Below are positions 18,045 through 26,360 of a stretch of DNA of 39,701 nucleotides, in pieces. The notes under the pieces were generated by a model. That model was not told where the DNA came from. It worked only from the letters and a program-made list of their open reading frames with translations, and searched no databases. Each line of letters begins with the position of its first letter. Within the stretch, counting starts at the first letter, position 1. This stretch comes from Candidatus Yonathbacteria bacterium RIFOXYC2_FULL_47_9. Its GTDB lineage: Bacteria; Patescibacteriota; Minisyncoccia; Phycocordibacterales; UBA1550. A program made the translations under genes and the position numbers. The stretch covers positions 13,792 to 53,492 of the forward strand of contig MHUY01000016.1 of NCBI GenBank assembly GCA_001825115.1, written 5' to 3'.

Positions 18045-19118
18045 TTAAACAATTGGGCTTATCTTTACAACAGGTTCTACTTTTATTTCTGCGCCTTGCG
18101 CTGGCTTCTTTGTGAACATTTCTACTATTGGTGTGGCAAATTGTGCTAGCATCCCGCTTTCAGCTTTTTCCTCCTCGGGAAGATGCCCGTCAAGCGATGG
18201 GTGTCGATAAATTGTTTCCATCGAATAAAGCACAAAATCAAGTATATTCTTTTGATAAACATTATCACTAAATCTTTTTGACAAAACATCTGTATAACTC
18301 TCAAGTGCCTTTGCGGTAGCTGATTTAAAAGCATAACTTTCAAGTAAGCGACGCTCTCTAGAATATTGAACTGCTGAATACCAAACTGCAAAAAGCCCTG
18401 GAGCTGAATAACTTATCTTATACAGGAAAAATGTCCATGAAAAAACGTCCGGCATTTTTACAAAGTATGCAATTAGTCCAATGTTTGCACCCCAAAGGAT
18501 AACACTTAGGCCGAGAAGCCATCTCCACAATTTCGCATTCCCTTGAAGGATTGTTTGCCTTTCTCGAAACGAATGCGCCAGTCCTGCACCAGTAAGGAAA
18601 CCATACGCATCAACAATTTCTTTTTGATAACCCGTTGCTTCGTCTTTGATTCTGGAGATGTGTTGCACGTCCTCACCTGCAGAACTTTTTAACATATCTA
18701 TTTCTTCCCGTGATTTTGTTATTTCAGACAATAACGCATCGCTCGTGCTCTTGTGCCCCTTTATTTGCTCAAAAACAGCGAGAACACCTTCGTCTTCATC
18801 TTCCACAGATTCTTTTGTCGACTCGAATTTTTGAACATACGCGTCAAACGAGGCAACAAGCTGTGCGATTTTGGAGTTAGCCTCGGTAGCAGAAGTTACC
18901 AATTTTGAGATAACCTCTCCCTTGGTGGAGGTTAAAGATTCCTGCGCTGTGACATTTTGAGCTGATGTGGCAACATTAGTCTTGTGTTTCTTGATCTCGT
19001 TTTTAATATCAACGATATCAGCGACAAGCGCTTTTGCCTCAATGAGGCTCTGTTTGATTTCTGATAACGTCATCTCAACCTTTGTTGGCGTTACACTTTG
19101 TGTATTTTCATTTTCCAT
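18045..19118 (-). CDS. Coiled-coil / two-TM membrane protein embedded between hsdS and hsdR
   Basis: The protein is 357 aa. The N-terminal ~170 aa are heptad-like and charged. Two hydrophobic helices follow (LWRWLLGLSVILWGANIGLIAYFV and FFLYKISYSAPGLFAVWYSAV), then a soluble tail. The gaps to both hsd neighbours are 7-9 nt. Confidence 0.65.
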   Translation of the reverse strand: MENENTQSVTPTKVEMTLSEIKQSLIEAKALVADIVDIKNEIKKHKTNVATSAQNVTAQESLTSTKGEVISKLVTSATEANSKIAQLVASFDAYVQKFESTKESVEDEDEGVLAVFEQIKGHKSTSDALLSEITKSREEIDMLKSSAGEDVQHISRIKDEATGYQKEIVDAYGFLTGAGLAHSFRERQTILQGNAKLWRWLLGLSVILWGANIGLIAYFVKMPDVFSWTFFLYKISYSAPGLFAVWYSAVQYSRERRLLESYAFKSATAKALESYTDVLSKRFSDNVYQKNILDFVLYSMETIYRHPSLDGHLPEEEKAESGMLAQFATPIVEMFTKKPAQGAEIKVEPVVKISPIV

Positions 19119-19125
19119 ATTGTTG

Positions 19126-20358
19126 TTAATTAATTTTAATTTTCCCTGTTACCGCATGCGAGATGAGGGAATATTTATATTCCTCAAGAAGCTTAATTGA
19201 TGTTTTAATATTACTCCTTACTAAGTTCATTTTTTTTAATAACGATTCAATTTTTTCTTCAACATCCTTTGATGGAACTCTAATTTTCTCTGATAATAAT
19301 ATTTTTATATTCAGCGGTTTATTACGTCCTGCGGAACCCCTTGAAGATTCGTTAAGTAAGTGGTCACCAAATTTTGTCATTAACAGTGCTAATAAGTATT
19401 CTGTTTTTATGACACCATCTCTTATTAAATGATATCTGTGAGACACAACGCATTCACTTTCATCCTTGCTCGCAAGCGCAACCGCACCTTCCCATGCAAA
19501 TTGTCCACTTATAATAAGATCTCTTGGAACTACTATATAAAAATCAGATTCCTTTATTTCTTTACCTAACTGAGGATCTTTATGGAAAAGCCCTCTACCT
19601 CTATTGTATAAACCTAAGGCGATATACTCTGAGTTATCTTCGATATTTATAGGTTTTTCGGCAAAGTTAAATAAGTTTTTAATCCTTATAATTTCTCCTT
19701 TACCATTTTTCTGCTCATCCATTGCGATCGAAACCACTTCTTCTTTTAATAGTTCAATTTGTCTTTCCTTTTTTGCTATAATATGATCAATAAATGCAAG
19801 TTTATGATCCAGATATTTTACTATTTCGTTTTGTTTATCGGTAGGAATTTTTATAACCGGAAAATTCATTAAAATTTCATTTTTTAATGTCCATCGATGG
19901 TCTGCAGAAACACCAACTCCATAAGGATGAAAAATTTTCTCAAAATAATGTTTTTGAAAAAAATAGTTATAAAATTGTGAGTTGGTGTCAAAATCTTTTT
20001 TTCTAAGAGTTGAGTAGGCAGGGCTTATGATGCCTTCGTATTTTGACGCATCTACAAAACCTCTCAGGAGATCCATTGGATTTAACACAATGTCTCCTTT
20101 GTATATGTGTCTGTATCCCTCGTAACTAGACGCAATTTGTCCTTCGTTATTAGAAATATTTCTCTTCTTAATACCGCTAAGTGTTAAAGAAAGGACATCT
20201 GCTTCAGAGTTGTCAAAAGACTTTTCCTTAATAAGATTAAAGACTTCCTTAACTTTTGCTAACTCCCAATCTTTCGGAATCATTCCCAACCACTCAACAC
20301 CCGAATCTTTATATTCAGGGTAGTGTTCGTATTTTTTTGTGAGCTTTAGTGTTTGCAT
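19126..20358 (-). CDS. hsdS: Type I restriction enzyme, S (specificity) subunit
   Basis: The protein is 410 aa with two target-recognition halves. These are separated and followed by conserved helical spacers (KKERQIELLKEEV and IKLLEEYKYSLISHAVTGKI). Confidence 0.85.
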   Translation of the reverse strand: MQTLKLTKKYEHYPEYKDSGVEWLGMIPKDWELAKVKEVFNLIKEKSFDNSEADVLSLTLSGIKKRNISNNEGQIASSYEGYRHIYKGDIVLNPMDLLRGFVDASKYEGIISPAYSTLRKKDFDTNSQFYNYFFQKHYFEKIFHPYGVGVSADHRWTLKNEILMNFPVIKIPTDKQNEIVKYLDHKLAFIDHIIAKKERQIELLKEEVVSIAMDEQKNGKGEIIRIKNLFNFAEKPINIEDNSEYIALGLYNRGRGLFHKDPQLGKEIKESDFYIVVPRDLIISGQFAWEGAVALASKDESECVVSHRYHLIRDGVIKTEYLLALLMTKFGDHLLNESSRGSAGRNKPLNIKILLSEKIRVPSKDVEEKIESLLKKMNLVRSNIKTSIKLLEEYKYSLISHAVTGKIKIN

Positions 20359-20363
20359 ATGTG

Positions 20364-21569
20364 TTATTTCTCTTTGTCAGTTTTTGGAGCAGGAAGCTCA
20401 AGTGACTCAATTTTTTGTAGCTGTACAACACCACTTAGGTCACCATAGATACCAACAGTATTTTTGATAACCTTTTGAATCTGCTTTTCTTTTTCCGCCC
20501 AAGATTTCTCGAAGTAAATTCGCTCTTTATCCAGAGATGATTTCATGTTTGAAAAAGTTTCTACGATAACCTCTATCTTTTGCTTGAATTCGTTACCAGA
20601 CAGATAGCTGTACAAGATTTCCATCTTGTCATTCTTCCCTACGGACATCAATTTTTCTCTGGAAACAAGCTCAAGTGTGTGTCGAAGGGCTGTTGCTATC
20701 GATACGGCCAACTTAATATCACATATCCACACACCGTCACGCTGAACGATACCCTCTACACCATTAGGCAGCACAGAAGATACGATAATCGCTATATCAG
20801 CTTTAACACTACGTTGATCTTCCTTTAACTTTGGAATCCATCCTTCAGTCCAAGACTTTGTTTTCTTTGACTCCCAGATTATTTTCCCACACTCAACACC
20901 CGCTTTAGTTTTTACGGTTTGTATCACATCAGCACCAGTAACACCCTTAGGGACTGGCGAAATATCATCGTGGATAAATTCTGCCTTCAAGAGCTCTTCG
21001 AGTTTTATCTCTTGTACTTCTCCTTGGGTTTGTTGTGAACCTTGTTCTAGTTTTCTTGCTAGCTCATCCTTTGCTTTTGTAACATCTGATAGTTTTTTGT
21101 TGATCTGATCTATTTCAGATTGTTTTGCATCTGTCGCTTTTTTAGATGCCTCCTCTTCGATTTGTTTCCTTTCTTCAGCAAGTTGGCGTGTTTTTTCTAG
21201 CTCGAATGACTCTTGGTCATCTTTTAGTTTCTGATTTCCTTTTATGAGAACAAGCTCATTTTGACGAGCCTCTTTTAATTTTGCATCCTTCTCAGCAAGT
21301 TGTTCCTCAAGAAGGAGGTTCTTCTCTTCTGATGCTACTTTTTCTGCCTCAGCATCTTTTAAAATCTGAGCCTTAAGCTTTTTCTCAAGTCCCGCTTTCT
21401 CTTTCTCTAGCTTTTCAGAGGACTCTTTTTCAATTGACGCCCTCATATCCTTTTCTTTTTCTTCAAAATCTTTCTTGAGTTTATTTTCTATTTGGTGCGT
21501 CAAAACATCATCAATCGATATTGACTCTCCGCAGTTAGGACACTTTATGTTTTTGATATCGTCTTTCAT
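20364..21569 (-). CDS. DUF2130-family protein (zinc ribbon, long coiled coil, C-terminal nuclease-like domain)
   Basis: The N-terminus has CPNCGESI. A Lys/Glu coiled coil follows. The C-terminal block GKIIWESKKTKSWTEGWIPKLKEDQRSVKADIAIIVSSVLP matches my memory of the DUF2130 core. The ATG at 21569 lies 4 nt after the hsdM stop. Confidence 0.7.
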   Translation of the reverse strand: MKDDIKNIKCPNCGESISIDDVLTHQIENKLKKDFEEKEKDMRASIEKESSEKLEKEKAGLEKKLKAQILKDAEAEKVASEEKNLLLEEQLAEKDAKLKEARQNELVLIKGNQKLKDDQESFELEKTRQLAEERKQIEEEASKKATDAKQSEIDQINKKLSDVTKAKDELARKLEQGSQQTQGEVQEIKLEELLKAEFIHDDISPVPKGVTGADVIQTVKTKAGVECGKIIWESKKTKSWTEGWIPKLKEDQRSVKADIAIIVSSVLPNGVEGIVQRDGVWICDIKLAVSIATALRHTLELVSREKLMSVGKNDKMEILYSYLSGNEFKQKIEVIVETFSNMKSSLDKERIYFEKSWAEKEKQIQKVIKNTVGIYGDLSGVVQLQKIESLELPAPKTDKEK

Positions 21570-21573
21570 AATT

Positions 21574-23562
21574 TTACAGTTGCTTAAGTAGCACAAGAAG
21601 CTCATTCTCGACTTTTTCAATATCTGTCTCTATTGCCTCTAAGCTTCGTGGTGCCTCGTACTTGTAGAAGTAGCGTGTGAACGGAATCTCGTAGCCAACA
21701 ATACCAACCTTGCCATCTTTTGCATCACACACAGACTCATTTATCCATGCATCAGAAACATACGGTTTCACCTCTTTTGAAAGGTACTCATTTACGTCTA
21801 TCCCCCACGGCACGTTCTCGTGGTCGCGGAGTTCGCTGTCTGCTTCAGGTTTACCACTAGCATCAAGACAAACATCAGCATCTTCAGATCGCTCGCTCAA
21901 AGCATCGAGAATTGCTTTCTTTATAGGCGCCTTCATTTTGAGCTCCTTGAAATGCGAGTCAAATACCTCTAGGAATTTTGCCTGATTTTTAAAGAGTTCT
22001 TTGTTGGGGAATGATGCAAGGTACGCGAGAATTGCTTCTCGTTCCTTGTCATTTAATTTCTCAACTGCTTTTTGTGTTTTGAATATCTCAATATGTGCAT
22101 CGGATACTTGAAAACTCAAACGAAGAGGGCGTTCAACTTGAATCTGTCGATACGCAAATTCGGTTGTATTGAAAACTTTTGAATACTCACTTTCCTCATA
22201 CTTGGTATAGAGGTCAAAAATCTTCTTTTTCGATTCCGTGTCTATCTCATGACGCTTACTCCCCAGGCTCTTGCGCGTCTTCTTGAAAAACGTTCGTCCA
22301 TCAATGAGCTGCACTTTGCCTTTGCGTTCCTTTGGCTTTCTGTTGGAAATGAACCACAAGTAGGTATTGATGCCTGTGTTGTAGAAAAGCTGGTCAGGCA
22401 AAGCGACAATTGCCTCAAGCAAATCTTTCTCAAGCAACCAGCGACGAATTTCGCTTTCTCCACTTCCTGCATCTCCTGTAAAAAGTGGCGAACCATTGTG
22501 AACAATAGCGATGCGTGAGCCACCGTCTTTCTCTGGTTTCATTTTAGATACAAGGTGCTCAAGGAAAAGTAACTGTCCGTCTGAGATACGTGGAAGCCCC
22601 GCACCGAAGCGCCCTGCGTGCCCACGTGAAGCCTCACGCTCTACCGCTTCTTTGTCTTTCTTCCAGTCTACTCCGTAGGGAGGATTTGAAATTCCATAGT
22701 CGAATACTTCCCCCAAAAACTGGTCGTTTGATAGTGTGCTTGCCTTTGTCGTGTCTTTTTCGCCACCACGAATGAGATCAGGGTTTTCCCCTTTGATAAG
22801 CATGTCAGACTTTGCCATTGCATAGGTGACCGAGTTAAGCTCTTGCCCGTAAAGATATATGTCGGCTTCTTTGTTGATGTGCTCGAGAATGTAGTCCTTT
22901 GCCACCGTAAGCATCCCCCCTGTACCGCACGCAGGATCGTAAATCTTTTTAATCACATGGGGACGCTTGAGGTCAGCCTTGTCTGGTTCAAGAAGAAGTT
23001 CTGCCATAAGACTAATTACATCGCGAGGCGTATAGTGCTCTCCAGCGGTTTCGTTCGACATTTCAGAAAACTTACGCAATAGCTCTTCAAAGATATGTCC
23101 CATCGCATAGTTGTCTACCGCTTTTGGATGCAAGTCTACTTTGTTGAGCTCTTGAATGATATGGAAAAGCAGGTTGCCCCCCTCGAGTCGTTCAAGTTGA
23201 TTGTTGAATTCGAACTTTTCAAAAATATCCTGAATGTTTTGACTATATCCAGCAATATACTTTTTAAAATTCTTTCCCATAAGAGCAGGCTCTCCCAAGA
23301 GTGTCTTGAAGTCGTAATCGGAGATATTGTAGAAGGCCACACCTGAAGTGCGTTTCAAAATTGGATCAAGGTCATTAACTTTCCCTTTGTACTCATTATG
23401 TTTTTCGAGAACCTTTGCTTTTGTATCAACAAGGATTGAATCAAGGCGCTTTAATACCACGAGAGGAAGAATGACATCTTGGTATTCGTGTTGTTTCCAA
23501 CCGCCACGCAAAATGTCGGCGATATTCCAAATCATTGATGTCTTTTGATTGAAGTTTTCCAT
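21574..23562 (-). CDS. hsdM: Type I restriction enzyme, M subunit (N6-adenine DNA methyltransferase)
   Basis: It has the SAM motif DPACGTGGML, the catalytic motif NPPYG (ISNPPYGVDW) and an HsdM N-terminal domain (IWNIADILRG). Confidence 0.92.
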   Translation of the reverse strand: MENFNQKTSMIWNIADILRGGWKQHEYQDVILPLVVLKRLDSILVDTKAKVLEKHNEYKGKVNDLDPILKRTSGVAFYNISDYDFKTLLGEPALMGKNFKKYIAGYSQNIQDIFEKFEFNNQLERLEGGNLLFHIIQELNKVDLHPKAVDNYAMGHIFEELLRKFSEMSNETAGEHYTPRDVISLMAELLLEPDKADLKRPHVIKKIYDPACGTGGMLTVAKDYILEHINKEADIYLYGQELNSVTYAMAKSDMLIKGENPDLIRGGEKDTTKASTLSNDQFLGEVFDYGISNPPYGVDWKKDKEAVEREASRGHAGRFGAGLPRISDGQLLFLEHLVSKMKPEKDGGSRIAIVHNGSPLFTGDAGSGESEIRRWLLEKDLLEAIVALPDQLFYNTGINTYLWFISNRKPKERKGKVQLIDGRTFFKKTRKSLGSKRHEIDTESKKKIFDLYTKYEESEYSKVFNTTEFAYRQIQVERPLRLSFQVSDAHIEIFKTQKAVEKLNDKEREAILAYLASFPNKELFKNQAKFLEVFDSHFKELKMKAPIKKAILDALSERSEDADVCLDASGKPEADSELRDHENVPWGIDVNEYLSKEVKPYVSDAWINESVCDAKDGKVGIVGYEIPFTRYFYKYEAPRSLEAIETDIEKVENELLVLLKQL

Positions 23563-23573
23563 AGTGATTGATA

Positions 23574-24710
23574 TTAACGATTAAAAAGTTGCATGTATTC
23601 CTTGAGGTAGAAGATCCTATCTTTCTTCAGTCCTGTTTTTTCCGTGAACAATCCAAGCTTCTGAAAGTCTCCAGCAAGAGCTGACGCCGTGGGGAAAGTA
23701 ACCGAAAGCATTGACTCAATATCCCTGATACTCACCACGGGCTGAGAGAACAACTTTTTCAAAAGATCCTTACCAAGCTTCTGCCGACGAATACTCATCC
23801 CATCCTCAATTGCTGTTTCGTACTTCTTACGCAGGTCAATTATTCTTCTAAGTGTCTCTCGCGAGTCTTTTGCCGTCTCTACAACTCCTGTGAGAAAAAA
23901 TCTCAACCAGTGCTCAATATCACCTGACTCCCTCACGCGTGAAAGTCCGTCGTAGTATTCAGGACGATTCTTTTCAAAGAAGTCTGAGAGGTAGAGTGTT
24001 GGCTTTGTGAGTATACCGAGACTTACGAGATGCAGAGTTATCATAAGCCGACCTATACGACCATTACCATCAAGAAACGGGTGGATAGTTTCAAATTGAT
24101 AGTGAGAGATAGCGATCTTAATCAAATCTGGCACGCTGATGTCTTTATTGTGCCAAAATAGCTCAAGGTCACCAAGAAGCTCTGCGAGCTCAGTGTGATG
24201 AGGTGGAATAAAGGACGCGTCGTTCAACGTCGCTCCACCAATCCAGTTTTGACTACGACGAATTTCTCCAGGCAGTTTTGTGTACCCACGAACACTAGAC
24301 AGGAGTACTCGGTGAGTATCCTTAACGAGTCGCATAGAGAGTGGCAAGGTCTCGAGTTGTCCAATTGAATAATTGATTGCCCTGACGTAGTTTTGTACTT
24401 CCTCCCAGTCATTTCTTTTTTCTGGATTGATTTCAAGTTCAGGCAGCAGTGCCTCATCAAAGCTTGTTTGAGTTCCCTCAATTTTACTTGAGACCGTCGC
24501 CTCTTTCGTAATGTGCATTTTGATGAAAAAGTCGACATCAGGAATAAGCTTTGAATATGCATTAAGTTCGCCAAGGTAGCGCATCGCATCAGCGAGCAAA
24601 ATATCGATGCGCTTGTCAGACCACTCAAAAGGAATGTTTGCAGATGATGGCTGAAAACTCTTATATCCCTCCTGTTGTTTTAGTGTCCCCGCCTTGAATT
24701 TCTTTATCAT
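23574..24710 (-). CDS. Fic family protein (AMPylase type with N-terminal inhibitory helix)
   Basis: The Fic motif is [12 protein letters not shown]. The N-terminal SSKIEG fits the (S/T)xxxE(G/N) auto-inhibition motif. It is the first gene of the R-M operon, 11 nt upstream of hsdM. Confidence 0.9.
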   Translation of the reverse strand: MIKKFKAGTLKQQEGYKSFQPSSANIPFEWSDKRIDILLADAMRYLGELNAYSKLIPDVDFFIKMHITKEATVSSKIEGTQTSFDEALLPELEINPEKRNDWEEVQNYVRAINYSIGQLETLPLSMRLVKDTHRVLLSSVRGYTKLPGEIRRSQNWIGGATLNDASFIPPHHTELAELLGDLELFWHNKDISVPDLIKIAISHYQFETIHPFLDGNGRIGRLMITLHLVSLGILTKPTLYLSDFFEKNRPEYYDGLSRVRESGDIEHWLRFFLTGVVETAKDSRETLRRIIDLRKKYETAIEDGMSIRRQKLGKDLLKKLFSQPVVSIRDIESMLSVTFPTASALAGDFQKLGLFTEKTGLKKDRIFYLKEYMQLFNR

Positions 24711-24912
24711 CCATCAAGCCTAGCACTTTAATATATAATATGCAAATTAAAAGTTTACCTACCATATTTTAATACGTCAGAGCCGTATTAAAGGCTGAGA
24801 ACACCCTTCTGAAGCTCTTTTTCTTGTATTTCACAAAAGCGATGACTTTGTATCAAATGTGAAATGCCCTATTAACACTATCCGAATCGATGGTGACCTC
24901 AAATGGACTAGA

Positions 24913-24950
24913 AACGAAAAATCGCCACCAGTTGGTGACGATATTTCGTT
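24913..24950. promoter_or_regulatory. 18-bp-arm inverted repeat in the intergenic region upstream of fic and ORF 25051
   Basis: AACGAAAAATCGCCACCA (24913-24930), a GT loop, then TGGTGACGATATTTCGTT (24933-24950). There are two mismatches in 18 bp. Confidence 0.4.
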
Positions 24951-25050
24951 GGCACTTGGCTACGGTTTATGATTTAACCGTGGGAGAACTAGGTCCTCAC
25001 AAATGCCTACAAACAGCATACACGATATACTTTAAAATGCACTCATTTGC

Positions 25051-25368
25051 ATGACTCTCTACGCTATAGTCCAAAAATATGCAATACTGCATAAACATAT
25101 GACTACAAAATATAGCGAAGAGTTTAAGGCCGACAATCCGGTACTCCCTCAATTACGTGAGGTGGTAGAAGAATCTGTAAAAGGCTCCAACCTCTCTCAG
25201 GAGCAAATTGATGCTATTTGTAAGAATGTTGGTGCTTTAATACTGGAAACAGTCCCAGAGCTTGTTTTTACAAACATGTCCGATTCGTTCCTTTTTGAAG
25301 GAGGCTTTGAAGAATGCACAAAACAGTCTTTCATTAACCTAAAAAATATCGGCATTGAGAAGAAATGA
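25051..25368 (+). CDS. Hypothetical protein
   Basis: A 105-aa ORF, the only plausible plus-strand gene here. No motif was recognised. Confidence 0.4.
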   Translation: MTLYAIVQKYAILHKHMTTKYSEEFKADNPVLPQLREVVEESVKGSNLSQEQIDAICKNVGALILETVPELVFTNMSDSFLFEGGFEECTKQSFINLKNIGIEKK

Positions 25369-25415
25369 AGTGGCCACCGCTTGATCCATCTTTTCTTGCA
25401 GAGAAACTCGGGGGG

Positions 25416-26306
25416 TTATTTTTGCTCCCAATACTGCGTTCCATATTCTGCTTGCAAATCACTAAAATTCACGATTGGTGCATTATATGTACTATCGGGA
25501 GGTATAAAATCAATTGACTCCATAAATACTTCTCCTGCTTTCCGTATCTCGGCGGTGTCAGCATACAGTAGGGCTATATTGTTTGTAATAGTCGAATACC
25601 AAACGTTGCTCTTAAGCCCCTCTGCAAATGTATTAAAATATGCTGGAAGAAGATACCGGGTCTTCCCTTCATCGTAAAAGACACGTCCTACTAGCGGATT
25701 TTGTTGAACGAGCTTTACTGCTGTTTCTGCAGTTGGGAACAATGCCTTTTCAAAACCTTCTTGCGCTGAATTCTTTATTGCAATCTGCATCGCCAAATCT
25801 ATCCAGGAAGTCGAGGTTGGGTGAGTATCAGGTGGCTCGCCGACCTCCTGAATAGGGCTAGACTTGACCCAGTCATACAGTTCTTGAACGAGCGTTTCTA
25901 AGGCTATGTTGTAATATTTAAATGCGTTATCTGTGTCTTTTGCTTTTTTATAGGTAAGAGCCAAACTGTTTAGAACGTCCATCCTTTCGAAGAAAGTCGT
26001 GTCATTTGAAAATCCATCAACATTTTTTTTGAGGTACTCTGTAGCTTTTCTATAGTCACCTTTTATTTGATAAATAACCCCGAGTTCAAAATTGAGGTCG
26101 TTTGAATCTGGGTATAAAGTAATCGCTTTTTTGCAAAATTCCTCGGCTCCATCTAAGTCTTCTATTTTTCTTGCAACATACGCCGAATAGTACCAATAAT
26201 CTAGGTCTTTTTGAGCTTCTTGCGTTCCAGACAAAATGTTTTGTGCAGAAGAATAGTCACCAACTCTGAGAAAAGCTTGGATTTGCTTATGTTGTTCTTC
26301 TTGCAT
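25416..26306 (-). CDS. TPR-repeat protein
   Basis: The N-terminal half contains successive 34-aa TPR-like units (W/Y-x-x-A-x-x-x-x-x-x-x-x-x-A-x-x-x-F-x-K-A, for example DLDYWYYSAYVARKIEDLDGAEEFCKKAITLYP). It lies 55 nt downstream of the GmrSD-like gene. Confidence 0.75.
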   Translation of the reverse strand: MQEEQHKQIQAFLRVGDYSSAQNILSGTQEAQKDLDYWYYSAYVARKIEDLDGAEEFCKKAITLYPDSNDLNFELGVIYQIKGDYRKATEYLKKNVDGFSNDTTFFERMDVLNSLALTYKKAKDTDNAFKYYNIALETLVQELYDWVKSSPIQEVGEPPDTHPTSTSWIDLAMQIAIKNSAQEGFEKALFPTAETAVKLVQQNPLVGRVFYDEGKTRYLLPAYFNTFAEGLKSNVWYSTITNNIALLYADTAEIRKAGEVFMESIDFIPPDSTYNAPIVNFSDLQAEYGTQYWEQK

Positions 26307-26360
26307 AATTTATTAATTGTTTGTGGGAGAATTCTTTATTCCAATTACCTCAACACATGA

